Below, in pieces: positions 20,237-28,951 of a stretch of 48,627 bases of DNA. The notes below the pieces were generated by a model that saw only the letters and a list, made by a program, of their open reading frames with translations, did not search any database and was not told where the DNA came from. The stretch is from Yoonia sp. (GTDB lineage Archaea > Thermoplasmatota > Poseidoniia > Poseidoniales > Poseidoniaceae). How positions within the stretch are numbered: the first letter of the stretch is position 1; every line of letters starts with the position of its first letter. The translations under genes and the position numbers were made by a program. The stretch covers positions 1 to 48,627 of the forward strand of contig CAXRJJ010000052.1 of NCBI GenBank assembly GCA_964230945.1, read 5' to 3'.

Positions 20237-20875
20237 GTCTGAGGGTAGTGAGAAGTGAGCAATTAAGCGACTTTTTACAATTCCATCGCCATCATTCAAT
20301 CTTGCTTCTACAACGTCTCCATCGCATAACCAATCTACACCTTCAGGGGTTCCTGTGAAGATAATATCGCCCTTTTCTAGAGGCGCCCATTCATTTAATG
20401 AAGCCAATAGAGTTGAAGGAGATCTAACCATGTCAGAGATATTTGCAGACATTCTTTTTTCTGAGTTTACAAGCAAGTCAATAGACCAGCTTGATTCAAT
20501 TTCAGAAAATTTTCCTGAAGGAACATCATGCCATTCGCCGATAACTGCCGAGTCCTTGAAGGACTTACAACGAGCCCACGGCAAACCTCCTTTCTTGAGT
20601 TCACTCTGAATCACTCGATTGGTAAGGTCGAGTCCAATACACACGGCATCAATTGAGAATTCTCCTTCTGAGAAGTCGCCCAGTTTGAGTACTAACTCCA
20701 ATTCATGCTGAACACTTTGATTATCGGGTAGAGAGATAGTTTTGATTTCATTGACAGGCGAGGATACCAATGCGGCAGATGGTTTGAGAAAATATTCCGG
20801 TTCTGAGGGAACTTCAACTCCCATCTCCTTTGCATGGGCTGAATATGTTCTAATTGCGCACCATATCGATGTCAT
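20228..20875 (-). CDS. Fumarylacetoacetate hydrolase family protein
   Basis: RTYSAHAKEM, YFLKP, HELELV, GLDLT.R..Q, LPWARCKSF, GDIIFTGTPEGV. Confidence 0.92.
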   Translation of the reverse strand: MTSIWCAIRTYSAHAKEMGVEVPSEPEYFLKPSAALVSSPVNEIKTISLPDNQSVQHELELVLKLGDFSEGEFSIDAVCIGLDLTNRVIQSELKKGGLPWARCKSFKDSAVIGEWHDVPSGKFSEIESSWSIDLLVNSEKRMSANISDMVRSPSTLLASLNEWAPLEKGDIIFTGTPEGVDWLCDGDVVEARLNDGDGIVKSRLIAHFSLPSDLK

Positions 20876-20876
20876 C

Positions 20877-21254
20877 TCAATTATCCCCCGACTCAAGTTC
20901 GGTTATTGTTTCCCAAACTTCGCGAATATGGGGAATTGTGATTGAACCCCCAACCACCATTGCGACATTCAAAGCATCGAGGAGTTCGTCCTTTTTCCAT
21001 CCCTGTTCAATACAGTTCTCTGCGTGATAGGTTATGCATTCTTGGCAGCGTAGAACAGTTGATGCAACCAATCCCAGCAATTCCTTGGTCTTGGCATCCA
21101 ATGCATCATCGCGATAGGCAGCACTATCCAAAGCAAGGAATCTCTTGATTCCTAGGTGTTCTTCATTCATCAATAGGTCCATTCTCCTTTGGCGATCTTC
21201 GTGGAATTGATGGATATCCATGCCCCTTGCAAGAGGGCTATGGTTTTGAGACAT
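20877..21254 (-). CDS. Carboxymuconolactone decarboxylase/AhpD-like protein
   Basis: ALDAKTKELLGLVASTVLRCQECITYH. The true start may be ATG at 21221. Confidence 0.88.
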   Translation of the reverse strand: MSQNHSPLARGMDIHQFHEDRQRRMDLLMNEEHLGIKRFLALDSAAYRDDALDAKTKELLGLVASTVLRCQECITYHAENCIEQGWKKDELLDALNVAMVVGGSITIPHIREVWETITELESGDN

Positions 21255-21307
21255 CCCATGCGCAATAGGATGGACATCCTCTTCAACCGCTTACCACAGG
21301 AAGGACC

Positions 21308-21817
21308 ATGGCCAAGGATTGGAGTGTTAGGAAAAGACGCCCAGTTCGTCGTAAACAAGTTGCCCCTTTGTTATCTAAACTCGAGGATCGCTTCGGCATC
21401 GATTTGAATCTTGAGGGGGCCTTTCTCGAAGTTGCTGAATACGGTAGTTGGAGATTAATGATTGTAAATCGTGAACCGCATGCTGTTGAGATTGAGAATG
21501 AAGACGGGGAGATCGTCGCTGCACTGACATTGAGGGGCCTCTTGGCCCACGCCCCAGACAAATCGTGGTTGGAGGTAGATAGAGGAGCTATTCCATTTTT
21601 GATGAATGGAGCTGATTGTATGGCGGCTGGCATACATGCTGCACATGAAGAGATAATTGCAGGAGATTTAGTTTGGATAAGAGATCAAGAACACAAACGG
21701 CCTTTGGCCCTCGGATGGGCTTGCATGGATGCGAATCAGATGGTTGAGGAAAGTAGTGGCAAGGCGGTCAAGACCCTGCATTGGATAGGCGACGAATTGT
21801 GGGAAATGGAGTTTTGA
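21308..21817 (+). CDS. PUA-domain RNA-binding protein (DUF1947/MCT-1-like)
   Basis: VDRGAIPFLMNGADCMAAGI, GKAVKTLHWIGDELW. Confidence 0.9.
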   Translation: MAKDWSVRKRRPVRRKQVAPLLSKLEDRFGIDLNLEGAFLEVAEYGSWRLMIVNREPHAVEIENEDGEIVAALTLRGLLAHAPDKSWLEVDRGAIPFLMNGADCMAAGIHAAHEEIIAGDLVWIRDQEHKRPLALGWACMDANQMVEESSGKAVKTLHWIGDELWEMEF

Positions 21818-21876
21818 ACAATATTGTTGAACCTTTTGAGCGAGCGATTCAAAACCTTACGGTTATTGGACACCCC

Positions 21877-22464
21877 ATGCAGAGGTCGTCGCTATTCATA
21901 GCCTCGCTAATCATGATTCTATGTTCAATGCAAACTGTTGCTGCTGCTGGCGGTGAAGATGTTGAACCTGATATCTCCGAATCACCGATAGTTGCAATCA
22001 ATCACACTGTAGAGGCCGCAGATCAATCGGATTGGTCGATAAGTGTGGAAATCAATTCTGATGCAGCAAACAACAACACCAGCATTAGGATTCTGCGTCA
22101 GATGTGCACCAATGATGGTGTGTGTGATTCACCTGAGTGGGAAGATATTGAAGCCAGTGAAAATAGAACTTTTTGGAATTCTTCATGGGTGACAATTGAT
22201 GATCATTCATATGTGAATTGGAAGGTATCCGTAGATTATGATGATGGGGAATCCGAAGAGTTCCCTTCTAAGGGATATGCCAAAGCATGGAGTTCTTGTT
22301 GGTATGATATCGATACAGATCAATGGGGTGGCAAGGACTGTCCTGATGGTCCTCCAGAGGATAAATCAGATAAGGTCGAAGAAGAATCATCCATACCTTC
22401 AATCAGCCTCCTTTCAGTTGTAGGAGTATTGGGACTCGCTGCATTGCTCCGTCGAAACTCATAG
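21877..22464 (+). CDS. Secreted protein with C-terminal sorting-like signal
   Basis: Signal peptide from ATG at 21877. Acidic Cys-paired domain. Ends IPSISLLSVVGVLGLAALLRRNS. Confidence 0.8.
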   Translation: MQRSSLFIASLIMILCSMQTVAAAGGEDVEPDISESPIVAINHTVEAADQSDWSISVEINSDAANNNTSIRILRQMCTNDGVCDSPEWEDIEASENRTFWNSSWVTIDDHSYVNWKVSVDYDDGESEEFPSKGYAKAWSSCWYDIDTDQWGGKDCPDGPPEDKSDKVEEESSIPSISLLSVVGVLGLAALLRRNS

Positions 22465-22845
22465 CGATGCATGCTCGCATAATCTATCGATTAATCGTCG
22501 AACTTCTATTCCCCAAGCAGTGATTAGGACCTCTACCTTCTTCCTATCCTTGGATAATTTTCCTTTTTCGAAACCAGGCATTGTAAGGTCTGAAGGTACC
22601 AAGGGAAGTACTTGATTAGACTCCATATTGAGTTGCACCCCGTCTTCAACACATTCTAGATTTATCTCTTCTGGCAGTTCTCCCGCATGTCTAATCATTG
22701 TAGCAAACAATTCTTCTGAAGATTCGTTACCATGCCCACCTTCTAGATGCTCGCTAGCCGCCTCACCATATGCAGAAAGGAAGGGCAGGTCCACATCATT
22801 GTCATCGAGTAAATCGTCTAATCCTCGACCCAGTTTTCTTGCCAT
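22459..22845 (-). CDS. Hypothetical protein with ParB-like N-terminal LGRGL peptide
   Basis: Begins MARKLGRGLDDLL. Starts 8 nt after the stop of the SAP-domain gene. Confidence 0.75.
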   Translation of the reverse strand: MARKLGRGLDDLLDDNDVDLPFLSAYGEAASEHLEGGHGNESSEELFATMIRHAGELPEEINLECVEDGVQLNMESNQVLPLVPSDLTMPGFEKGKLSKDRKKVEVLITAWGIEVRRLIDRLCEHASL

Positions 22846-22853
22846 ATGAACCC

Positions 22854-24995
22854 TCAATCACTCGATCTTGTATGCGTCCATCCAATCATTTTCCCATCAC
22901 TAGCATCTGCAAGGAATGAGAATGTGTGAGACCAATCACCTTCATCCCAAGATCTAACTCCATCTACGGTGACTCTACCTGCGTCGCCCAATGGCAAGAA
23001 GTCAAATGTGTCAGGTAAATTCACTCCTGCTGTTGCAACCAAGATTCCGATTTTCAAATCATCATTCCATTTTCCTGAAGATGCAGCAAGCCCATTAGTT
23101 CCACTCAATTCTGGGAACTTGCCTTCTTCTAGCCAACGCGATTCTTCCATCCAACGCAGGGAAACAGTTTCCGGAATGGCTTGACGATTGTGATCGGGTG
23201 CTTCATCCAGTAAGCCTGAGTCGATGTAAGTACAATTTTCCTCGCTACCTCCTTGGCCAGCGACATCAACCACCAACCATCCACTTGCATCGTCGTTAGC
23301 CAACCAACTCATGTTCCATCGGGTTTTGTCTTGCGAGGATCGATCATCTCTTGCTCTCCAAATGTACGCATCATGGTCTTGTAGGTTGACTTCTGCTTCA
23401 TTTCCACCCCCCGAAGTGTTTCCAATGCAAGATATGGCAATTTCCAAGGGTTGGTTGCGAATGCTGGATAAATCGGGAGCATGTCTTTCGGTAGAGCCCC
23501 AATCTGCCATTTCAGATGAAGGTGGTCTGAGACTGGAAATGTCAGGCTTGGAATCGTAAGAATAACCCAAATCAACTAGATTTTCACCCCTTGAAAGACT
23601 CGTTCTTTCAATTGTCATCTTCATTTCCAGTCTACCATCAGGCATCGCGTAATCTCCTAAGATTTCTTGCCAAGTTCCACAATCGCTGGAATCATCACCG
23701 CTAATCAATAGGTCAATTGATTGTCTAATTGCCCATGGCGAGGAAGGAACCGCCAAGATGTGTATAGTCGCATGCCCTAAACAATTGTCTTCAATGTCTT
23801 TGTTTCTGAATAGGATTTTCCAAGCAACTTCCTCTCCAACATCTTCACTTCCTGTGACTTGCCAAGACCAACCTGAAACATTTCCAGCCGCTTCTTCATC
23901 AATCATGGTGTTGCCAAGTACTTCATGTAATTGTAGGGGAGAGAAAATCATCGATGCGCCCAACCCAATCGAATCTAGAGAATCCAAGAACCCATTCAGT
24001 CCAAATGTAGTAATGTCTCCTTGTAATTGCCCATCAGGATGCACTAGTTCATAGCCGAATTCAGAACGAATGCTGTTCTCACTACTCAATTCAATCCATT
24101 CGTTCCAATCTATTCCTAACCTCGCGCTGACAGAAGGCATTTCGATACACCCTAGTGTACTGGAGACTTCACTTTGGGCGATATCAACATCGTCAAAATC
24201 GTAATTCAGATTGCGTTCCATTGTTAACCAAGAGAATCCATTACCACCAATCTGCTTGACTGAACCAAGACGATCGTCATTCATTTCACCAGATATATCT
24301 GATCTGTCTCCTTCTGTAATTGAAACACTACCACTTCCCGAAAATTGTACGTTCAAGCCGCATATTTCATCATCAGAACCGAACCATTGGAAGATTTGTG
24401 AAGCATAATCATCTGTTGCGACTAATTGTCCACCAGTAACGGCGAATCCCATTTTATCCCCATGTCGTAAAGGGTCAGGGGTGAATGGTTCGGCATCCAG
24501 ACTGAACCACCACCATGCTCCAGCGGCCAATAGAATCAAAGTTACTGCCAAAGCAGCGCTCTTTTTCATGTCCAGAGATGAGGATTCAAATCTACTTGCA
24601 GATGCCGCCCCTTCTTTGCTACTTTCAATATCAATTTCTTTGACAACATCCGCTTCAATGACATCCGCTTCGATGATTTCATCATCGACAACTTCAGCCA
24701 CAAAGACCTCCGCCTCCAAAACATCGTCTTCTTTTGACTCATCTATGCTGTCAATGGATGCTTCATCACTATCTGTTGAAATATTCTCTTCCTCATCGAG
24801 AATCAATTCTCCCTCATCATCAACAATGATGTCGACTTCCTCTTCTTCCAGCGGTTCAAGACCTACTTCTTCCCTGCTGGCTCCATATTTGAGCAAGCGT
24901 TCGACTAGTTCCGCCTTCTTCCCAGACGAGGCCAATTCCTTGTCCTTGCATAGGGCTCTGAGGGCAGCAACGGTCAATGCAGAGTCCGACGCCAT
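22854..24995 (-). CDS. SAP-domain single-pass membrane protein with large ectodomain
   Basis: SAP motif LTVAALRALCKDKELASSGKKAELVERLL, acidic linker, TM AALAVTLILLAAGAWWWF, then about 540 further residues. Confidence 0.85.
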   Translation of the reverse strand: MASDSALTVAALRALCKDKELASSGKKAELVERLLKYGASREEVGLEPLEEEEVDIIVDDEGELILDEEENISTDSDEASIDSIDESKEDDVLEAEVFVAEVVDDEIIEADVIEADVVKEIDIESSKEGAASASRFESSSLDMKKSAALAVTLILLAAGAWWWFSLDAEPFTPDPLRHGDKMGFAVTGGQLVATDDYASQIFQWFGSDDEICGLNVQFSGSGSVSITEGDRSDISGEMNDDRLGSVKQIGGNGFSWLTMERNLNYDFDDVDIAQSEVSSTLGCIEMPSVSARLGIDWNEWIELSSENSIRSEFGYELVHPDGQLQGDITTFGLNGFLDSLDSIGLGASMIFSPLQLHEVLGNTMIDEEAAGNVSGWSWQVTGSEDVGEEVAWKILFRNKDIEDNCLGHATIHILAVPSSPWAIRQSIDLLISGDDSSDCGTWQEILGDYAMPDGRLEMKMTIERTSLSRGENLVDLGYSYDSKPDISSLRPPSSEMADWGSTERHAPDLSSIRNQPLEIAISCIGNTSGGGNEAEVNLQDHDAYIWRARDDRSSQDKTRWNMSWLANDDASGWLVVDVAGQGGSEENCTYIDSGLLDEAPDHNRQAIPETVSLRWMEESRWLEEGKFPELSGTNGLAASSGKWNDDLKIGILVATAGVNLPDTFDFLPLGDAGRVTVDGVRSWDEGDWSHTFSFLADASDGKMIGWTHTRSSD

Positions 24996-25095
24996 GTTAT
25001 GACCTCGATAATAAGGCGCCACTTGGACCCTTTGAAGGCTCGCTTGAGAAGAGCATGAATCAAGGGTGTTGCATACCCTTCAACATGACACGGAC

Positions 25096-26217
25096 TCAAC
25101 CGTTGAATGGCGTATAGGTGCCATCAGCATTCTTGATGTACGGTTGTGGATCAAATGTGTTGTCTGCTTTGAGGATGTAGTGGTATCCATCTCCAGATTC
25201 AATGTAATTCAATGCTGTCGTAGGTGCAGCAGGTGCTACAGGTGCAGTTGGCGCTGCAGCATAGGGGCTTGCAGCCTGAGCAGGAGCAGCCGTAGGTCCA
25301 GGAGCAGGAGCAGCCGTGGGTCCAGGAGCAGTTGCAGGAGGTGGACCAGCAGGGCCGTCAGCAGGTGGTGGGCCCGCAGGCCCGGCACCGATTACCGCTT
25401 GATTTGTATCGTGCATTACTGAATCCTCGATACTCATTGAACCTCTTCGAACTGAGGTCCTTTCTTTCAGAATCTTACCTTTTCGCTGCGCTCCGATGAA
25501 TGCAAAAATTGCCCACAATAACGAGATGCCACCTAAGCCACCACCGATTTCTCTCAGGCCATATACTGATGCAGTCACTTCAAGTGAACCCTGATCATGA
25601 CCATAATCTTCGTATTCGACTAGGAGACAGTATCCACCAGGATCCAATCTGAATTCAAACTCGTAAGTTCCCTTGGGTTGAGAACCTTCAAACAGAATAT
25701 GGTTGTCTGAATATGATTCGTTTCTTGCAACTGCGGCCTCAAATTCCAACATTTCATCAGTTACCTTATCTGTTCCACAATGCGCTTCAATTACATGCAC
25801 AGAGAAATCTCCGCCGTCCATTGGAACCACTTCAATTACCAGTCTGATATCGGTACTATCTTTACCATCGATTGGCATTCCAAACAAGTATGGTAATTCA
25901 CGTTGCAATTCTCCACCTGAAACATCGTCAGTCAATACGGTTTCATCATCCCAAGGTGCTGGAACGGGTAGTGGAATTAGTGCAAAAGAGAACATTATGG
26001 CTGCAATTCCAAGGTACATGAAGACATTCCATCTTGCCTTTTTCACCTTGCTGCGCAACTCTTCAGTACTCAACTCGCCCTTTGCTACTCTATCTGCTTG
26101 ATCCATGGCTTCAGCGCCCGGAGGCGGCCCTGCTGGTCCTGCCATTTCGGGCCTTGCAGCGGGAGGTGGCCCACCTGCTTCGCCAAGTTCATCCGGTGGG
26201 CCCCATGCTGGTGGCAT
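25096..26217 (-). CDS. Two-TM membrane protein with Pro-rich termini
   Basis: GPAGPPP repeats at both ends, two hydrophobic helices, and a small Tyr-rich C-terminal module. Confidence 0.75.
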   Translation of the reverse strand: MPPAWGPPDELGEAGGPPPAARPEMAGPAGPPPGAEAMDQADRVAKGELSTEELRSKVKKARWNVFMYLGIAAIMFSFALIPLPVPAPWDDETVLTDDVSGGELQRELPYLFGMPIDGKDSTDIRLVIEVVPMDGGDFSVHVIEAHCGTDKVTDEMLEFEAAVARNESYSDNHILFEGSQPKGTYEFEFRLDPGGYCLLVEYEDYGHDQGSLEVTASVYGLREIGGGLGGISLLWAIFAFIGAQRKGKILKERTSVRRGSMSIEDSVMHDTNQAVIGAGPAGPPPADGPAGPPPATAPGPTAAPAPGPTAAPAQAASPYAAAPTAPVAPAAPTTALNYIESGDGYHYILKADNTFDPQPYIKNADGTYTPFNG

Positions 26218-26327
26218 TACCCTGCGGAGTACCGCCTTCGCCTTCAAAGGCGCGATTCCCTAATCTTGCTATTTTTGCGATTTGTTGGGCATTCAATTGA
26301 AATGGGAGGGAGTCGCGGGAATTAGCC

Positions 26328-27527
26328 ATGAGGTTGGCAATTCTTTCGCGCGGTCCGCGTTTGTATAGCACCCGCCGCCTTGTTGAGGAGGCAAGGAAAA
26401 GGAATTGCGACGTGGAAGTCTTGGACCCATTGCAATTTTCTTTGATGATTGCCGAAGATAGTGTCCAGATTCTACACAAAGGGCGACGTTTTTCTCACGA
26501 TGCAGTCCTACCGCGAATAGGCCATTCGATTACTGATCATGGAGTTGCGCTGATGCGTCAGTTCGAACAATTAGGAATCTATACGGCTAATTCTAGTTCA
26601 GGAATCATCCAAAGCAGAGATAAATTGCGCGCTAGTCAAATATTGGCCAAGAACAAGATAGATATTCCACGAACAGCATACGTCAGGGACCTCAGGGATG
26701 TTGAGAATGCTATCGATGACGTAGGTGGATTACCGGTTGTCGTTAAGGTCACACAAGGTACACAAGGTAACGGCGTCTTCCTCAGACACACTCATCGAGA
26801 AACACGGCACCTTGTTGAAGCGTTGTTGTTGACGGGTAAAGCGGTACTTATTCAGGAATACATTGCTGAAAGTCACGGTGTAGATGTCAGGGCTTTAGTT
26901 GTGGGCGACAAGGTTGTTGCCAGCATGCGTCGGCGAAGTCGCGGTAGAGAATTTCGTTCTAATTATCACCTCAATGGAACTGTTGAACCTATCGATATTC
27001 CACTTGAATATGAAGAAGTAGCCAAACGTGCAGCAAGAGTTCTAGGTCTGAAAGTTGCAGGTGTAGATCTTCTGGAGGGTACTGATGGGCCATTGGTATT
27101 AGAGGTGAATTCATCTCCTGGCTTAGAAGGTATAGAGAAGGCAAGCGGCGTCAATGTTGCAGCACATATCATTGATTTCATTATCGATGACCACGATTTC
27201 ACGGATATCGATATGGCGCAATTGATGAGGACTCAACCTGGCCAAGGGGCATTGTCACTACACTTGAGAAACCACATATCATTGATAGGTAGGATGATTG
27301 AAGAGATATTCCCTGCAAGCATGAAAGATTCCATACCAGTGTTTGCATTATCTAGGGACAAGAAACTCCACTGGAATCCTGATCCACAGACTCAACTTCG
27401 GTATGATGACGTCATTATCTTCTATGGGCCTACCAAGGCTTTGCGAGCAGCTTTGAAGTCGGTCACTCGTGGAACCGGTGTCGAATCCACCAACACCTCT
27501 CAAGGAACTAGTGATTCTTCTGTCTGA
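26328..27527 (+). CDS. rimK: RimK family alpha-L-glutamate ligase fused to an RCK_C (TrkA-C)-like domain
   Basis: MRLAILSR..LYSTRRL, SRDKLR, GTQG.GV, QEYIAES.G.DVR, FRSN.H, LEVNSSPGLEGIE. C-terminal LIGRMIEE...VFALSRD...NPDPQTQLRYDDVIIFYG. Confidence 0.9.
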   Translation: MRLAILSRGPRLYSTRRLVEEARKRNCDVEVLDPLQFSLMIAEDSVQILHKGRRFSHDAVLPRIGHSITDHGVALMRQFEQLGIYTANSSSGIIQSRDKLRASQILAKNKIDIPRTAYVRDLRDVENAIDDVGGLPVVVKVTQGTQGNGVFLRHTHRETRHLVEALLLTGKAVLIQEYIAESHGVDVRALVVGDKVVASMRRRSRGREFRSNYHLNGTVEPIDIPLEYEEVAKRAARVLGLKVAGVDLLEGTDGPLVLEVNSSPGLEGIEKASGVNVAAHIIDFIIDDHDFTDIDMAQLMRTQPGQGALSLHLRNHISLIGRMIEEIFPASMKDSIPVFALSRDKKLHWNPDPQTQLRYDDVIIFYGPTKALRAALKSVTRGTGVESTNTSQGTSDSSV

Positions 27528-27662
27528 GTCGGACCAAAAGGCCCGAAGTTCAGCTATTTTTGCGATGTTTTGTCGAAGGCTTCATGATGTCACACCCCCA
27601 GTGGCTATCACCCCTCCGGGGGTAGGGATGCACTCCGCTACGGCGGTCAAGGAGGCGTTAGC

Positions 27663-28751
27663 ATGCGCGATGAGGGATACAAGGACTTGGTCAAGCGCCA
27701 AACTTTTCTTGATTCTCAGAAGGACAATGGCTTATCTCCTACAGCACCTTCACCCAACCTCCCTCAACGTCTTGCAAGATTAGCCAATCTAGCGTGGTTG
27801 GGGTGTTGGAGGCAACAATTGCAGATTGAAGGAAAGAGCGAGAATACGCGTAAATCCTATCTCATTGGTGTCAGATCTTTGATCGAGACTCGATTACCTG
27901 GGGAAGATATCATGACTCGCGATGAGGCTGAGTCGATTTCTGTTGAACAATTGCATGTTCACATTGCTCCCCATTCCGGACGATTAGATGTGTGGCAGCA
28001 GTCATTGAGTCATCTCAAACCATCTACTGTACACGCTAGATTAGCTGCTGCAGGCCATTTATTACGTTGGCTCGGACATAGTATGCCGGAGCATGTCAGT
28101 AGGCCTCATCGTGGTAGAAGGCTACCAAGAACATTGAATCGCAGTGAGTTAGAGAGCGTGCGCCGCGCCGCTGCAAATTGCGAGAACCCAGTTGCCAATG
28201 TAATCATCACGATACTGTTGGATACCGGAATTAGAGTTAGTGAACTTTGTAATATGGATGAACATGATATCGATATAGAGGACAATAGCGCTAGAGTAGT
28301 CGGTGGTAAAGGGAACAAGGATAGAATGGTGCTATTCACTGAACAGACTACCAGAGCACTAGAATTATGGGAACCGAGTCGTATTTCCCGTAACATCCAC
28401 GAAGATAGCGCCTTGTTAATCAACAATCGAGGAGGGCGTTTAACCCCGCGCTCTGTTCAGAAATTGATGAACGACATAGGTAAGTCCGCAGGTTTACCCA
28501 GAGGTCGCTTAACCCCTCACGTACTACGTCATAACTTCGCTACTGGTCTATTGGAGAGGGGTGCTGACCTAGTTTCGATTCAACGCTTATTGGGTCATGC
28601 CAACATCTCTACAACTCGGGTATATCTTGAGATTGGTGATCAGACTTTGAGAGAGGTCTACAAGCGAGCACAAATCCTCAGAGATGCATTGGAAGAACAA
28701 GAGCAACCAAGTGGAGAAGAATCAACCACTCTTACGAACTCTCTTGACTGA
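27663..28751 (+). CDS. xerA: Tyrosine recombinase, XerA-like
   Basis: Catalytic R (TGIRVSEL), K (GKGNKDR), HxxR (HVLRH), H (LLGH), Y (TTRVY). SD GGAGG 7 nt before the ATG. Confidence 0.88.
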   Translation: MRDEGYKDLVKRQTFLDSQKDNGLSPTAPSPNLPQRLARLANLAWLGCWRQQLQIEGKSENTRKSYLIGVRSLIETRLPGEDIMTRDEAESISVEQLHVHIAPHSGRLDVWQQSLSHLKPSTVHARLAAAGHLLRWLGHSMPEHVSRPHRGRRLPRTLNRSELESVRRAAANCENPVANVIITILLDTGIRVSELCNMDEHDIDIEDNSARVVGGKGNKDRMVLFTEQTTRALELWEPSRISRNIHEDSALLINNRGGRLTPRSVQKLMNDIGKSAGLPRGRLTPHVLRHNFATGLLERGADLVSIQRLLGHANISTTRVYLEIGDQTLREVYKRAQILRDALEEQEQPSGEESTTLTNSLD

Positions 28752-28904
28752 CTTTTCAGGCCCATTCCAATCGCGTGAAGCAGACACTCGATTTCCTTCG
28801 TGCCCTTCGATAGGACAGTATTTTCCACTTCTACATCGAGAGCAATTACCCTTTGGCGGCATTTCAACGGTCTTCCTTAGACGGCCGTACTTCCTCCTAG
28901 GCAT
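28722..28904 (-). CDS. Small basic protein with putative C3H zinc site
   Basis: 60 aa: MPRRKYGRLRK...CSRCRSGKYCPIEGH... It fills the gap between the H1-like gene and xerA, overlapping the xerA 3' end by 30 nt. Confidence 0.55.
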   Translation of the reverse strand: MPRRKYGRLRKTVEMPPKGNCSRCRSGKYCPIEGHEGNRVSASRDWNGPEKSVKRVRKSG

Positions 28905-28951
28905 CGCCCAGTATTGGGCATCGTCGGTCCATGAAAGATTCGCGTGAAAAT

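Noticed and set aside
27663-28751. Prophage or island integrase
   Set aside because: Flanked by housekeeping-type genes, with no adjacent tRNA, att repeat or cargo. It fits a chromosomal XerA better.
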